From positions 18,366,362-18,389,157 of the forward strand of contig NC_057750.1 in the NCBI RefSeq assembly GCF_004010195.1: 22,796 nt of DNA, read 5' to 3'. This DNA is from Chiloscyllium plagiosum. Its lineage: Eukaryota. Shown piece by piece: positions 1 through 10,278 of the stretch. Under the pieces are notes generated by a model. The model saw only the letters and a list, made by a program, of their open reading frames with translations. It was not told the DNA's origin and did no database searches. The position numbers were made by a program, and so were the translations under genes. Each line of letters starts with the position of its first letter. The stretch's first letter is position 1.

Positions 1-345
1 ATGTTACCTCTTACACCATGGAAGTTTATTTTCCACAATAATCTTTGATGTTAAACATTATCAAATGTCTTCTGGAAATTTAAGTACAGTACATTTACTA
101 ATTCATCTTTACAACATGGTGAGTTCCACGTGAGTTTCCTTTCGGTAAATCATACTAACTCTGCCAAATTACCTTGAATTTAAGTGCCCTGTGATAATTT
201 TCAGAACAGATTATTACATTTTCCTTATGCCAGATGTTAAGCTGGCTTGTTGTTTCCCGTTTTCTGTCTCCATCGCTTTATAAAGAGAAGGGATTTATTT
301 GCTATTTTCTAATCAAATGGAACCTTGCCCGAATCTATAGCTGTG
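1..345 (-). mobile_element. Degenerate CR1-type LINE ORF2 (RT) fragment
   Basis: Reverse complement of 1-100 reads like the CR1 RT segment 'VLKFPEDI*..KIIVENK..HGVRGN' (homologous to VYLDFQKAFDKVPH..HG..G in the CR1 copies at 7.0 and 16.8 kb); many indels. Confidence 0.6.
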
Positions 346-384
346 GAAAATTAAAAACAATGTTAAGAGATTAAATGGGAAGAC

Positions 385-1797
385 TATATCCTGGCCACAG
401 AGAAAAAGGTCAATCTCTGCACAGATACATGGTACACCTTTGGCGTGGCCCATAACTTTGGCCATTTTGGTCCCAGCGAGGATTCCTGACCTCTTCAGGC
501 ACCCGTATTCACAACACACTTTATGTCCAAAATCTCCTTAAGGCCATCCTCCTCCCGAAGCAATTGGCCATAATCAAACATGCTGCCCACGTCACAGACA
601 CTACAGATGTCAGCCATAGCAATGACAGAGCTGACCAAGCCGCCAAGGATGTGGCAAGGGCTTGCAATTCAATTGTCTCCGCTATTAACCAGCAGGCACC
701 CAACCGAAAACCTGCCTCAAAAACAAAAGATATTTCAGACATTGTCACGGTGTGGTGTTTACAGGGAGACACCCCGATTCAGAAAAGCAGATATGGAAGA
801 CGCATGGGATCACTCCAGCCGGTCAAGCACGTATACCTGATGCCTTATTAACAATGCTCGTTGATTGCCTCCATACTGATACACACTTTGACAAGGGGGG
901 AGTTGAGTAGAATCATGTTGCGGACCTGGTGGCACCCCTGACTAGCCAAGGCAGTTCAAAAGTATGTCAGATTATGTTTGATATGTCAGCAAAATAATGC
1001 AGTCTAGGGTGCAGTATGTAACAGGAAAAACTGACTTGCTAGTGGGTCCATTTGCATGTATTCAGTTTGATTTTATTGAACTTCCATGTGTACATTATAA
1101 TAAGTATTGCCTTGTTGTTATTGATGTCTTCAGTAGACGGATTGAGGCTTCTCCCACTACCTCAATGGTGGTATGATTACTCCTAACAGAGATCATACTG
1201 AGGGTTTGGGGTGCTCCGACAGGTTAGTTCAGACAATGGCGCCCACTTGGTAGGGAAAGTTAACACAGAGCTGTGTGAAGTGTTACATATCCAGCAGCAC
1301 CTCCATTGTGTCTACTACCCCCAGGTGTCAGGCATAGTGGAAAGGGCAAACGGGACCCTTAAAACCAAACTGACTAAGCTCACATGTGAAATGGGCCTGA
1401 ACTGGTTGAAGGTCTTGCGCCTTTGGCCCTGTATCATGAGGATTACCCCACACTCGACCACTGGGCTGTCGGCAGCCGAGATAATCTACGGCAGACCCAA
1501 TAGGACGCCTTGGGATGCAGATACAAACCCAACCACCTGCGTAGACCTAAATATTATGGGAGAGGAAATGCAGGCATGCTTTTGGCAGCTAATCTCGTCT
1601 CTAAAGTTCCTTCACTCACAGGTCAGGAACGCCTTTTGATCACCGCCTCAAGCAGTCAACCGGGATTCGAACGACCCAAATAAACTTCCCAACCTGCAGA
1701 CAGGAGAGCACGTGCTGATCAAAAACTTGGACCGCCCCTAGCTCGTTCCTCGGAAAGGATCGTACCAGGTGCTCCTACAAACACCGACTGCAGTTTG
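385..1797 (+). mobile_element. pol: Endogenous retrovirus pol remnant (RNase H C-half + integrase), class I (gamma/epsilon-like), frameshifted with stops
   Basis: RNase H: KVNLCTDTWYTFGVAHNFG/WSQRGFLTSSG..LLKAILLPKQLAIIKHAAH..SNDRADQAAK. Integrase HHCC: LHTDTHF..WWHP..CLICQQNN (~870-998). Core: QFDFIEL..LVVIDVFSR, SSDNG-x35-E(RANGTLK) with exact D-35-E spacing. C-terminal GEHVLIK..PRKGSYQVLLQTPTAV (GPY/F-like). RNaseH-then-IN order. Confidence 0.9.
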
Positions 1798-2113
1798 GTG
1801 TTTAGTCCTCACAAATGCCTTATGCGCCCAGAAACAATTTACCTGCAGGCATTGCCAGGTCAACCATGGAATGCTCACCTGCACCCGTGATGAGCAAAGG
1901 TGCTTACATGTTACTGCAAGACGGCCGTTCATTTGCGGGCACTGCAACGGTACCCACGTCAGCTCGGCGTTTTGGTCATGCCCTTTTTCTGATTACCAGC
2001 TGATTGGATTAAGAGGAAGCTCCAGCCAGGCCAGGAGCTGGCTGTACATGACAGCCACAAAGCAATTAAGTGCTACTGGGCCATCAGAAGATTGTGCCAG
2101 TGAAGAGATATAG
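1798..2113 (+). pseudogene. Cys-rich reading frame fused in-frame to the integrase C-terminus; possible env/accessory gene remnant
   Basis: Same frame as integrase; hydrophobic WCLVLTNALCA followed by CRHC..C..C..CGHCNGT..C, with an N-G-T sequon; replaces the expected end of the integrase C-terminal domain. Confidence 0.35.
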
Positions 2114-2184
2114 GACAGATTGCAGCACTGACTATCCCGCTCAGTGTGATCCTGAATGGCATTCAGGCTGAGGTTCTGCTCCTG

Positions 2185-2500
2185 TCACAAACCCACAGCC
2201 ACTTCCACCTGGAAGGACAAGGCCAGCAGATACATGGAAACACCACCACCTGCAGGTTCTCCTCCAAGTCACTCACAATCCTGAACTGGAAATACATCAC
2301 TGTTCTTTCACCGTCACTGGGTCAAAATCCTAGAATTCTCTCCCCAGTGGCATTATGGGCCAATTTAAAGCATGTGGACTGCAATGGTTCAAGGCAGCAG
2401 CTCGTCACTAGCAGCTCATCACCAGCTTTCAAGAGCAACTAAGGACAGGCAAAAAGTTCTGGCCAGCCAGCTACACTCATATCCCAACAATGAATAAAAT
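2185..2500 (+). mobile_element. 3' end of a shark LINE (ORF2 C-terminus + 3' tail)
   Basis: Degenerate ...SFTVTGSKS*NSLPSG..GLQWFKAAA.. coding end followed by the tail gcaactaaggacaggc..gccagc..catatcccaacaatgaataaaa; a related tail recurs at ~4770-4870 and ~12435-12458. Confidence 0.7.
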
Positions 2501-2513
2501 AATTGTTTGATGT

Positions 2514-2820
2514 GGGCGGCACGGTGGCACAGTGGTTAGCACTGCTGCCTCACAGCGCCAGAGACCTGGGTTCAATTCCCGCCTCAGGCGACTGACTGTG
2601 TGGAGTTTGCACATTCTCCCCGTGTCTGCGTGGGTTTCCTCCGGTTTCCTCCCACAGTCCAAAGATGTGCAGGTCAGGTGAATTGGCCATGCTAAATTGT
2701 CCGTAGTGTTAGGTAAGGGGTAAATGTAGGGGTATGGGTGGTTTGCGCTTCAGCGGGTCGGTGTGGACTTATTGGGCCGAAGGGCCTGTTTCCACACTGT
2801 AAAGTAATCTAATCTAAATC
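2514..2820 (+). mobile_element. HE1-type (V-SINE) tRNA-derived SINE, near full length
   Basis: Head gggcggcacggtggcacagtggttagcactgctgcctcacagcgccagagacc (A box) and gggttcaattcc (B box); V-domain tgtggagtttgcacattctccccgtgtctgcgtgggtttcctcc; CR1-like tail gggccgaagggcctgtttcc and (taatc)n end. Second copy at 14276. Confidence 0.92.
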
Positions 2821-3733
2821 TCTAACAAGGTGATTAAAATCAAAAACTAAAACAATAGCCCAGAAATTCCATACAGATTAATGTAGTTTAACTTCTTATT
2901 TAATTGATTTTAAGATTGAATCTGGTCAGATTAAAAAAAATATTCACTGGTTTGGTGCTGCAGATTTCTGGACAGGGGCCTCCTATGATGAACCTATCCA
3001 GGAATCCTTGATCATCGTAGAAATCATGCACCTTTTTTTAAGTAGAGTGCTGTATTCTGAAGTTTAAAACTTCCAGCAGAGACGTGAAAGACTAAGTGAG
3101 AGGGTACGTTGGAAACAGTTGAAGGGTGACAGGTGGATGAGGTGGAGCATACTGGTAGTTGAGGGAATTAGGGTGCCAAGTGAATGTAAGACATAAATGC
3201 ACGGTAAGATGATGAGTGCTTACAGTAAGTTGGAGAGTTGTCATCACAGGTGAGGTCAGAATGTTGTGTTAAGGGTAGGTCTGGTGCTGCCAGGTCTGGT
3301 GGGCTCAGGTCAGGAGTGCGGCTTGTAAGGAAACCTAGGGTGGTGTCATTGGTAAGGACTAATGCTGAGTCAAACTTTCATTTTTTTCATCCTCTACCCT
3401 TTCTTGGAGAGCAATTGAGCTTAAGTGAGATGGAACTGTCAGAATTCTTAAACTTTAAGGCTCTTTTCAAAGAGTTCTGGACACAGGAAAATTGTCCATT
3501 GGAATTTTCAATTTCCTTTCGCATCACTGATGCACAACTTCAGTTTACTCTGTTGAAACAACTACCTGGCCTATAAAGTATCTAGGTTAATGTCTTTCAA
3601 CAATGCTTCCTGATTTACTCAAAATATCAAATTCCATCTCAGTTAAACAAGTGATCAACATCAGTAGGAACAAATACAGTTCAATCTTGGATGTGAATAA
3701 CAGCATTATGAACAGCAGAATCCAGCCCTGCAG

Positions 3734-4585
3734 TCACAGGTGAAGTTGATGGTGTCTCAGCAGATCAGATGACTGAGTGAATCCTTTCCCACAGAGGGAG
3801 CAGGTGAAACGCTTCTGCCCACCGTGAGTGCGTTGGTGCTTCAATAGGTACCTTTTACTTTTAAATCTCTTCTCACATTCACAACACTGAAAAGGTCTCT
3901 GATCAGAATGGACAAGTTCATGTTCAATGAGATGGGATGACTGAGCAAATCCCTTCCCACACATAGAGCAGGTGAATGGCCTCTCCCCAGTGTGTGTTTG
4001 TTGATGTCGCAATAGATGGGATGAATCAATGAATCCCTTCCCACACACTGAGCAAGTGAATGGCCTCTCCCAAGTGTGAACTCGCTGGTGTGTCAGCAGA
4101 TCCTTTTTGCTTTTAAAACTTTTTTCACAGTCAGAGCACTGAAATGGTCTCTTATCAGAGTGTGTGAGTTTATGTTCAGTGAGATGGGGTGATTGAGTGA
4201 ATCCCTTCCCACACACAGAGCAGACAAATGGTCTCTCTCCAGTATGAGCACGTTGGTGCGTCAATAGGGCAGATGATTGAATAAATCCCTTCCCACATAT
4301 ACAGCAGGTAAATGGCCTCTCTCCGGTGTGAATACGCCGATGAGTTTCCAGCTCATAAGGATAACTGAATTCCTTCTCACAGTCTCCACATTTACAGGGT
4401 TTATCCCCAGTATGAATGCGCTCATGTCTTGACAGACTAGATGACTGGCTGAAGCCTCGTCCACACACAGGACACATGTATGGTTTCTCTCCATAGTGAA
4501 CAGTGTTCTTTGCTTCAATATTCAAAGGCCAATGATGTTCATGTGCTGATGAATCAAGAGACTTTGTCAGATCTTGATGTGACAT
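3734..4585 (-). CDS. C2H2 zinc-finger protein, 283 aa, 9 tandem fingers, no KRAB/SCAN/BTB domain visible
   Basis: Open frame with nine C-x2-C-x12-H-x3-H fingers and TGE(R/K)PF-type linkers. In-frame stops lie just upstream of the ATG (4585) within the same putative exon, so this ATG is the likely start. Confidence 0.93.
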   Translation of the reverse strand: MSHQDLTKSLDSSAHEHHWPLNIEAKNTVHYGEKPYMCPVCGRGFSQSSSLSRHERIHTGDKPCKCGDCEKEFSYPYELETHRRIHTGERPFTCCICGKGFIQSSALLTHQRAHTGERPFVCSVCGKGFTQSPHLTEHKLTHSDKRPFQCSDCEKSFKSKKDLLTHQRVHTWERPFTCSVCGKGFIDSSHLLRHQQTHTGERPFTCSMCGKGFAQSSHLIEHELVHSDQRPFQCCECEKRFKSKRYLLKHQRTHGGQKRFTCSLCGKGFTQSSDLLRHHQLHL

Positions 4586-4626
4586 TTGGTTTATGCTTTA
4601 CCTCAACACATTCTCCTTCTAAAAGC

Positions 4627-4650
4627 CTGTAAAATTGGGGAAAAAGGAAG
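4627..4650 (-). promoter_or_regulatory. Probable 3' splice acceptor of the ZNF coding exon
   Basis: Minus strand reads cttcctttttccccaattttacag|gcttttag: polypyrimidine tract + CAG, 41 nt upstream of the ATG. Confidence 0.7.
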
Positions 4651-4769
4651 CATAAAAGAGAATTCCCAAAACACAAAGCAACTTTTGAAACTAAACTTAA
4701 TGAATTTGCCCATTTGTGGGTCAGGTACTAGGACATTGGCCATTGAAAGTGATGGATTATCTTTACCAC

Positions 4770-4870
4770 AAGGACTGCAAAAGGTCCCAGAAGGCCTATC
4801 ACTTTTTCAAACGATCATAGGGGACTGGCAATAGATACTGGTCTGACTAGTGATATGCATATTCTACCAA
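4770..4870 (+). mobile_element. Old fragment of the same LINE 3' tail as 2185-2500
   Basis: ggactgcaaaaggtcccagaaggcc..tcactttttcaa..gggactggcaatagatactggtctgactagtgatatgcatattc aligns loosely with 2376-2490. Confidence 0.5.
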
Positions 4871-5329
4871 TTCATTATGAACCTATATTTGAGAATGGAT
4901 TAAGAACTTCCAGAAAAATATTTACTGCTAAAATTGTTCTTCATATTGGAGGGGGTATATCTAGCAACCCCCTGAATATCAGCTAAAGTCTACTTTCCAG
5001 GAGAGTCTGACATTAGCAGTTGTTAACCATTTTTTAAAGTTCAAGATGATTTGAGGTTAATCCCAGCAGCTCTTCCGTCATCTCTAACCAACGGAAAAAA
5101 ACATGCAAGTGGAAGCATGCAAAAGGACATCTTCTGCATTCAACGCCTACCCTGATTCAAACCGGTTTATGTTTTTTTTAAAAATATTACCGATGTTGGA
5201 AATTAAAAAGCGAGAATGCTGCAACCATGCACGGAGGTCGGGTAGCAATTGTAGAAAAGCAGAAGTGAATTGTTTCTAGTCGCCGACCTACCGTGAGAAT
5301 GTAATAAAAGACACATGGTGGCCCGTTCG

Positions 5330-5838
5330 GAGTAATGGCAGTCACCACTCCCACAATTCATAAGGCCTCAGAAACTACTCTATCCAACTCGCGTCTTCAT
5401 CGGGCGTTGAGAATGCGCGTACACCGTAGGGCTAACCGCAAGGCATTCTGGGCAGTTCCTTTGTTGTGAGTCAGACACAGTTGAAACGGGAGGAAAACCG
5501 AGGAGGCGGCGGCTTGCATCAAGAAGGCAAAGCATCATCTATTTAATGATGCTCCCGTGCATCCTACAGCCCGGTTCACGACGCACATTCACCGCTGGGC
5601 CTGCTTTGATTCGAGGCCCCTGAACCAGTGAGACTCGAGGTCCCTGAAGCTCCGCTCGCTCCCGTGCAATCTGGTGTCGCACTACGCGTGCGCCGTGCTG
5701 GCGGGCGTTAACTGGGTTGGTGTTTGTGGGGGGGAGGGGGAGACGGCGTCTGCGCAGTTTGTCTCCGGTTATTGATAAGGCGTATTCCGGTTCGCCATGC
5801 ATTCTGGGTATGTCCAACTGCCATTTCATGAATACGGT
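5330..5838. promoter_or_regulatory. CpG-rich promoter between divergent ZNF loci, with ZNF143/Staf-like sites
   Basis: Local CpG enrichment in CpG-poor DNA; SBS-like TCCCACAATTC (5349-5359), GCATTCTGGG (5443-5452) and GCATTCTGGGTA (5799-5810); colinear with an inverted paralog at 20937-21385. Confidence 0.75.
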
Positions 5839-5844
5839 GTAGAA

Positions 5845-6010
5845 GTGCCGGTGTAGGACTGGAGTGGACAAAGTTAAAAAATAACACAACACCAGGTTGT
5901 AGTTCATTAATTTTATTTGGACATCCACGCTTTCGGAGTGGTGCTGCTTCGTCAGGTAGCTAGTGGAGCAAGATTGGACTATAATCTGGTATTGTGTGAT
6001 TTTTAATTTT
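5845..6010. mobile_element. Short non-autonomous Penelope-derived palindromic element
   Basis: Imperfect inverted repeat 5870-5906 / 5975-6010 (aaagttaaaaaataacacaacaccaggttgtagttca vs revcomp aaaattaaaaatcacacaataccagattatagtcca) enclosing a degenerate hammerhead motif on the minus strand. Confidence 0.65.
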
Positions 6011-6629
6011 ATGAACAGTGCAGAGGAAAGTTCGTGTATGATAATAATTAAAAAGTTTGATTAAATTGGACGTTTTTCACACACAATCCACAATTGTCAC
6101 ACAAGTTGTTGTTTCATTTCGAAGTGAAATATTTTGGTTTATAAACGGAACTAGATTTCTTCAATTGTGTTTCCCAGCTCAGATTCAATGGTGTCACCTT
6201 TCTTTTCACTCTCAGCCTCTCAGCTGAATCTGGTAGTATAATGTAGGTGAATGGTAATTGATTGCCCTGGGAGTCAACAGAAAGATAGTTCAAAGCTTCT
6301 GAGAGGCAAGGATGAAGCATGTTCTGTGATTGGTCATGGTACTTGAAGGGTGGAAGTGGAGTCCCAGTATCATCAGAGACCTTTAGGAAAGAAAGGGAGA
6401 AAAATCTAAACTTGCAACCTATCTTTAAGTCAAACCACAAGAAGGTGAGGAAAGAACATTGTCAGTTTGAGAGATTTGTAGATAGAAGAGGGGGAAAATT
6501 CACGAGAAACCAAAATTGTCTGTTCAGAATTTCTAGTCTGCACTTAGAGTTTAACCTTTGTACAAGTTTTCAGGCTCATATTCCTCTGAAATATGGAACA
6601 TTAAGACTTAATTTTTTGGGGGGTGAGGA

Positions 6630-6955
6630 GGTGGTGTTAAATATGTTGAAAGGACAAACTAGAGAGAGACTAGTTCCTCTGGTGAGGACAAGGAATGTAA
6701 CATTGAACTCAGTGCTGCTCTACAGTGTTGTCAGGAGGCACTTCTTCACATAAAAGGAGGTGTAAATGTGGAACACTGTCATTTCAGAAGCTGATGAGAA
6801 TACGGGTTAATCAGAAATTTCAAAGCTGTGTATTTCAGATTTTTGTAAATCAAGATTACTGAGGATTACAGGACAAAAGTGGTTAGATGCATTCAAGATT
6901 CAGATCGACTATAAATATCTAGGCTGAATGGCTTCCTCCTGTTTTATGTTCCTAC
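6630..6955 (+). mobile_element. Old CR1 LINE 3' end fragment
   Basis: RERLVPLV..VRRHFFT..VNVWN-like ORF2 C-terminus and tail ggctgaatggcttcctcctgttttatgttcct, similar to the CR1 ends at 8140-8190 and 17790-17821. Confidence 0.65.
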
Positions 6956-6964
6956 TTACTGTGA

Positions 6965-8195
6965 TGAATTTTGTGAGTTCTATGAGGATGTAACTAGTAG
7001 AGTTGACAAGGGGGAGCCAATTTATGTGGTATATTTGGACTTTCAAAAATGTTTGACAAAGTCCCCTATCAGCAATTATTATGCAAAATTAAAATGCATA
7101 GGATTGGTGGACGTGCATTGAGACAGATAGAAAACTGGTTGGCAGAGAGGAAACGAAAAGTAGGAATTAATGGGTCCTTTTCAAATTGGCAGGCAGTAAT
7201 TAGTGGGGTGCCACTGGGGATTGGTGTGGGGACTCCAGCTATTCAAAATTATATTAGTGATTTGGATGAGAGAACAAAATGTAACATCTCAAAGTTTGCA
7301 GATGATACCAAGTTGAGTGAAAGGGTGAACTGTGATGAGGACGCAGAGATCCTTCAGCATGATCTGTACAGGTTGGGTGAGATAGCAAATCAATGGCAAA
7401 TGCAGTGTAATTTGGATAATTTGCTTTGGAAGCAAAAAGCAAGAAGGAAGATTACTATCTAAATAGCTGTAAATTGGGAGTGGGGAATATGCAGCAGGAC
7501 CTGGCTATCCTTGTACACCAGTCACTGAAGGTAAGCATGTAGGTGCAGCAGGCGGGAAAGAAGGCAAATGGTATGTTGGCCTTCATTGCAAATGGTTTCA
7601 TGTACAGGAGCAGGGATGTGTTGTTGCGGTTATACAGGACCTTGGTGAAGTCACACCAAGAATATTATATGCAATTTTGGTCTCCTTTTCTGAGGAAGGA
7701 TGCTCTTGCTCTAGAGTGAGTGCAGTGAAGGAACTGATGTATGAGGTCAGGTTGACTAGGTTAGCATTGTTTACACTAGAGTTCAGACGAGTGAGTGGGT
7801 ATGTCACAGAAACTTATAAAATTCTACCAGGATTTGACAGGGCAGATGCAGGGAGGATTTTCCAATGATGGATGTGTCCACAACCAGGGGTCAGTTTGAG
7901 GATTTGGGGTAGACCATTTAGGATGGAGATGAGAAGACATTTCTTCACCCAGAGTGGTGAGCCTGTGGAATTCATTACAACAGGAAGTAGTTGATGCCAA
8001 AACATTGAATGTATCCAAGAGGCAACTAGATACAGTGCTTGGGTGAATGGGATCAAAGTTTGTGGGGAGAAAGCAGGATTAGGTTATTGAGTTGGATGAT
8101 TACCCATGTTTGTGATGAATGGCAGAGTTGGCTTGAAGGGCCAAATGACTTCTTCCTGCTCCTATCTTTTATATTTCTATGTTTTATGTTTCAAT
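6965..8195 (+). mobile_element. 5'-truncated CR1 (HER1-like) LINE, RT to 3' UTR, frameshifted
   Basis: EFYEDVTSRVDKGEPIYVVYLDFQKMFDKVP..SGVP..ISKFADDTKL..; C-terminal FRMEMRRHFFTQ..; 3' UTR ending in imperfect (tttctatg)n repeats. Confidence 0.92.
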
Positions 8196-8198
8196 AGG

Positions 8199-9197
8199 GA
8201 ATGAGAAAAACAGACAGGAAACTCAAATCAAACACCATGTCAAGATCTAACAAATTACTTAATCCATCTGTCCCTGAATGTCAGCAGTCATTGAGTATAG
8301 AAGGATGACTGCTTGTGGGAAAAGATTTCAAATATCAGTTTAACATGGAAATCACAGAGATACACAGCTCCATGTGAAAGTGTTTTAATGGACTGACTAT
8401 AAAGAGTTTTAACCAGTTACACAGCCTAAAAAAAATTACCAATTCATTTTGAAGAGAAACTGTTTGTGTACTCATTGTGCAGACAAGGCTTCAATTGATC
8501 ATCCAACCTGGAAAGACAGAAAGACACCAGCACCATGTAGAAACCATGGTAATGTGGGGACTGTGAGAAGCAATTCAACTATCCATCCCAGTTGGAAATT
8601 CATCAACGCAGTCATACTGGTGAGAGGCCATGCTCCTGTTCTGTGTGTAGGAAGGTATTTAGTAAATCATCTGGCCTTGTGATACATCTATGTATTCACA
8701 CCATGGAGAAGCTTTTTACCTGCTCAATGTGTGTAAAGGCTTTCACTGAGTTATCCAAGCTTCAAGCACATCAACTTGTTCACACTGAGGAGAGACCTTT
8801 CAAATGTCCTAAATGTGAGAATAGGTACAAAAGGAAACAAGATCTGCTGACACACCAGCGCACTTACACTGGGGAAAGGCCATTCACTTGCATGGGAAGA
8901 CTTTCTCTTGGTCATACAATCTGTTGAGCCACCAACTTGTTCACAGTGAAGACAGACCGTTTAAATGTTCCATCCGTGAGTGGAGCTTTGAAACCACAAA
9001 GGATCTGCAGGCACATCAATTTGTTCACACCAATCAGAGACTTTTTTAAAAGTGTTGACTGTGAGAAACATTTTAAAAGCACAAAGGACCTGTTGACACA
9101 CCAACGCACTCACACTGGTGAGAGGCCATTCACCTGCTGTGTATGTGGGAACACACATTAATCTGACCAGTTCAGACACCAGCAAGTTCACATCTGA
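8199..9197 (+). pseudogene. C2H2 zinc-finger pseudogene, paralog of the minus-strand ZNF
   Basis: 5' part aligns with the start of the intact ZNF (caagatctaacaaattacttaatccatc vs caagatctgacaaagtctcttgattcatc). [30 protein letters not shown] has stops at 8538 and 8550; frameshifts/deletions near 8890, 9045 and 9150; roughly 8 recognisable fingers plus decayed upstream ones. Confidence 0.88.
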
Positions 9198-9999
9198 CTG
9201 CAGGCATTCAATTCTGGCTGTCAATTGCAGCTAGTCCTGAACCATCTTCATTCTAATACTTGGGTTTGGTTTCTGCTGACAAATTCCAATCCAAACAGAA
9301 GAGTTATTGCTCTGGATAAACAATCGAGGTTCTAACTTGCAGCTCCAATTGAGGGGCAAATGATGTCTGATGCCTTGAATTGTTTCATGTTGAAATCAGT
9401 TCAGATTATTACTGAAGAAGAAAAACCTAAAGGAAATTCTCGCAGGATTTGCTGTAACCAGAAAACAAAAAAGCATCATAGATTAAGAATTAACTTTCAT
9501 GCAAATTAAACAGAAAATATACAAGGTTAAGTCTCATAGAGGTTTCAGGCAGTTCATTGAGTGTATATGGCATTAGTTTCAGCTGCAAAGTCCTTTAAAT
9601 TCATGAAATTTCTCCATTAGAATTCCAGTTCATTTTCAAGAGTCTGATCCCAAGGATTTAGCATAACGCAACACCCAACCAGCTCAAGATTCATAGGCAC
9701 AGACTTGACCAACTTGCTTGATTCTGCTGATGTTGTTCTTGATGCCATGGATCAATGGTAACATCAAAGAGCAGAAATAGCTGCAGAAACTGTATTTGCC
9801 AATGTCTCCTGAGCAATCTCCATCTTCAATCTGCCTGTAGTGCACCAGTGGGATCTGAGCGTGATGGTTCTGTATCTTATTTTCTGCATTTCAATTTTAG
9901 CGTTCCTAGAAATCTGTAGGTTCAGTTTCCAGTTCAGTTCTGGTTAGAGCCTGTTTTAAATAATACATGCTTTTGAACCACAGATTCCATCACACCTTG

Positions 10000-10278
10000 G
10001 AACAGTTATCAAAAGATAACTGGAACAATGTAACAGAATAAACCAGCATTTGTCTACAGTTGGGAGCTAAGAAGGAAGAGAGACTAGTGCAGAATTGGCT
10101 CATCCTTTTGAAACTTAAGGAAAAAAAAATTGCTAATACCATGTAGATCCAGCCAAAACTTCAATAATAAAACAAGCAGTATAAAGTAGACATAAACAAA
10201 TCTGAACAATGAGAAAGATTAGAAAAGGATAAATTGGAAAGAGATTTTAAAAATCAGTGATTTAAAAAGAAAGAGATT
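10000..10278 (+). mobile_element. Possible highly decayed Gypsy-type gag N-terminal fragment
   Basis: Purine-rich, partial translations GAKKEE..AELAH..LKL..PAKTS..EKIRKG..LERDF reminiscent of coiled-coil gag N-termini; no intact frame. Confidence 0.3.

Noticed and set aside
2514..2590. tRNA-like sequence
   Set aside because: It is the head of a HE1 SINE (continues into V-domain and LINE-type tail), not a tRNA gene; same for 14276.
2985..3060. ATGATGA ... CTGA spaced ~75 nt, like a C/D box snoRNA
   Set aside because: No convincing terminal stem, no recognisable rRNA/snRNA guide and no host intron on this strand; such motifs occur by chance.
3238..3576. 112-aa plus-strand ORF
   Set aside because: Non-ATG start, no recognisable domain, lies antisense in the probable 3' region of the ZNF.
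3734..4480. 84-nt periodic repeats resembling a repeat-spacer array
   Set aside because: Period equals one 28-aa C2H2 finger; coding repeats in a vertebrate gene, not CRISPR.
5539..5928. 129-aa minus-strand ORF as a possible upstream ZNF coding exon
   Set aside because: Starts within a repeat, crosses the GC-rich promoter, and its frame is not preserved in the paralogous block; stop-poor GC-rich artefact.
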